A stretch of DNA of 64,000 nt, from NCBI GenBank assembly GCA_963745035.1, contig CAVUVW010000013.1, positions 224,001 through 288,000 on the forward strand, written 5' to 3'. The notes under the pieces are model-generated. The model did no database searches and was not told the origin of the DNA. It saw nothing but the letters and a program-made list of their open reading frames with translations. Of this stretch, positions 61,943-64,000 are shown one piece after another; within the stretch, counting starts at the first letter, position 1; every line of letters starts with the position of its first letter. The stretch comes from an uncultured delta proteobacterium (lineage in GTDB: Bacteria > Desulfobacterota > Binatia > UBA9968). The position numbers and the translations under genes are program-made.

Positions 61943-63066
61943 CTAGCCCCGCGGATAAAGCGCATCCATCATCAAGCGCTTATGGTGCCCCGGCGTGCCC
62001 AAATACTGATAGAGCGTGTGCGCGAGCACGCTGTGCGCCATCATCGGATGGCTGTAATCCGTTCCCGGTCCGGCCCAAACCATGTGCGCGTAATTGGTGC
62101 CGTGATAATAACCGTCGCTCGCGGTCGCCTTGGCTTCGTGCACGCCGGCGCGGGCATCCATACCGCTATCGATGCGCCAGATCGCTTCGTAAGTCGCCCA
62201 GCGCGCCATATCGAGGTTGATCGAAATATCCACGCAGTGATCCTGCACCCGCTGGAAGCGGCCGATGGGCTGTCCGAAGACGACCCGCGTGCGGGTGTAC
62301 TCGCAGGTGATGTCGAAGACTTCCTGGGTGGCGCCGACTTGATAGGCGGAAAGAATCGGCAGCGACTTGTCCAGTGCGGCTTCCAGAGTCGACCAGCTCG
62401 CGCCGCTCGACCCGAGGAAATCTAGCGGCGAGACCGCGAACATGATCGAAGCGCACTTCGGCGACGGAGACAAAAAATCCGACGTGCGGCGTGATCGTAA
62501 TGCCGGGACTCTTGGCGTTGACGAGGAGAAAGACCACCTTGCCTTCCTCCGTGCGCGCGGCGCAAAGAAAGTTCGTCGCCGCTTCAGCGTCGAAGACGAA
62601 GCGCTTGACGCCGTTCATGAGGTAGCCGCCGTTCGCTTTCGATAGGCGCGTCTCCACCGCTTCGGGCCCCCAGTAGGCGGCTTTGTCGGTGATGGCGGGC
62701 ACGACGATCGCCGAGCCGTCGCAAATCTTTGGCAGCAACATCTTTCTTTGTTCTTCGGTGCAGGCTTCGAAAATCATCTGCGCGCTCAGCACGCCGGAAG
62801 TGAAAAGCGGTCCGGGCACAGGTCCGTGCCCGAGCGCTTCGAACACCACGGCGCAATCCATCGTGGACACGCCCGCGCCGCCGTACTCTTCCGGCAAGCA
62901 TCATGCCAAGCCAGCCGATCTCCGCGGCCTTCTTGATCAGCTCCGGCCGAAAAGTCTGCTTGTTCTTGTACCACTGGGTCATCTGGTGCGCCGGCACTTC
63001 TGCTTTGACGAAGTCTTCCGCCACTTTTTTGAATTCTTCTTGGGTTTCGGTAAGTGCTAAGTCCAT
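61943..63066 (-). CDS. Acyl-CoA dehydrogenase family protein (frameshifts ~62897, ~62442)
   Basis: MDLALTETQ, PEEYGGAG, GVKRFV, R.VFGQPIGRFQ. Confidence 0.88.
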
Positions 63067-63086
63067 GTTCAACTCCTTGTGTAAGG

Positions 63087-63184
63087 AGGCAATAGGCATT
63101 AGGCAATAGTTCGGAAACTGTCAGAGTGCGCAAAAGTTTCTTTCCATTTCTTAACTATTGCCTGTTGCCTCGTGCCTATTGCCT
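63087..63184. repeat. Inverted array of 7-mers (AGGCAWT x3 / NNTGCCT x4)
   Basis: AGGCAAT AGGCATT AGGCAAT AGTT ... AACT ATTGCCT GTTGCCT CGTGCCT ATTGCCT. Confidence 0.78.
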
Positions 63185-64000
63185 AATCGGTTTCCGGCGC
63201 CTTCTCCGTCGTCGGGCGACCAAGGCCAAGGCGACGGGCGAAGATCAAACGATCGGTGTCCAAAGTGCCGCCGCCGTGCAATTGGCCGGGGCCGGTGCGC
63301 ACGGCGTACTCGAAGTCGATCACTTCGTGAACCGATAAGTTCTGTTCGAGAGCATCCGCGCCCATGATCGCTTGCAGGCGTTCGCCGTTGCGCAGGCGCA
63401 GCATGCGCTGGTAGTAGCGCTGCTGCGGGCCGCCGTAGGGATGCGGTTTCTTGGCGAAGCGGCGCCAGTAGATGAGCTGGTTGAAGCGCCTGCAGCGTAT
63501 TCAACTCGATGGTCATCTCGGCGATCAGATCGCGCACGCGTGGATCTTCGATGATCGGTTTGCCGTCGATGTGCGTGCTGCGGCAGTACTCGACCACGCG
63601 CTCGATGAGCGGATCCACCGCGATGCGGCCGTCGCCGCCGTGCTCGAGCTCCATATGGGTGCTGGCGACTTTCCAGCCGTTGTTCTCGCCTCCGATCAAA
63701 TATTTCGCCGGCACGCGCACGTTGTCGAAGAACACCGCGTTCTTGATGCCCATCATCAAATTCATGTGCTGGATCGTAACGCCGGGAAGATTCGCCGGGA
63801 TATGCAGCCAGCCGAGATTTTCATGACGTTTGCCCTGCGGATTGGTGCAGACCAAGGTCCAGAGGTAATCCGGCGGCAGATGATGGCCGACCATGACCTT
63901 CTGGCCGTTGACGACATAGTGATCGCCGTCGCGAATCGCTTTGGTCTGGCAGTTGGCGATGTCGCTGCCGCCGTGGGGTTCGGTGAGCACCTGCCAGACG
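63183..64000 (-). CDS. Acyl-CoA dehydrogenase family protein (3' part; frameshift ~63490)
   Basis: TEPHGGSD, VVNGQK, VFFDNVRVP, GEN.GW, GGGT...IFARRLGL. Confidence 0.9.

Noticed and set aside
3820-63495. About 20 frameshifts read as pseudogenes or programmed frameshifting
   Set aside because: Mostly single extra bases scattered over unrelated genes, with no in-frame stops, decay or common slippery motif. This pattern fits long-read assembly error; read mapping would settle it.

Overview
GC-rich bacterial chromosome segment with about 54 CDS and no rRNA, tRNA, CRISPR array, integrase or transposase that I can recognise. Gene content is dominated by 11 solute-binding proteins (NMT1/SsuA, family-5, Fe-type, TctC), amidohydrolases and CoA-dependent catabolic enzymes. 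This resembles Candidatus Binatia/Binatota or related 'deltaproteobacterial' soil lineages, which is an inference from gene content only. About 20 single-base frameshifts split otherwise intact genes and are most likely long-read assembly errors. The best candidate for an undescribed system is a three-gene operon at 29414-32232. It encodes a short BoxB/PaaA-type di-iron aryl-CoA epoxidase, a thioredoxin-fold [2Fe-2S] ferredoxin and a stand-alone NuoF-like flavoprotein instead of BoxA/PaaE. It has its own sigma70 promoter, with a perfect 18-bp palindrome just downstream that matches a PaaR-type TetR operator. Other items of note: a sigma54-driven tandem-domain hypothetical gene with upstream palindromes, tandem divergent TPP E1 alpha/beta pairs, four Tat-exported family-5 SBPs around a class III aminotransferase, leaderless promoters, and intergenic 7-mer and REP-like repeats.
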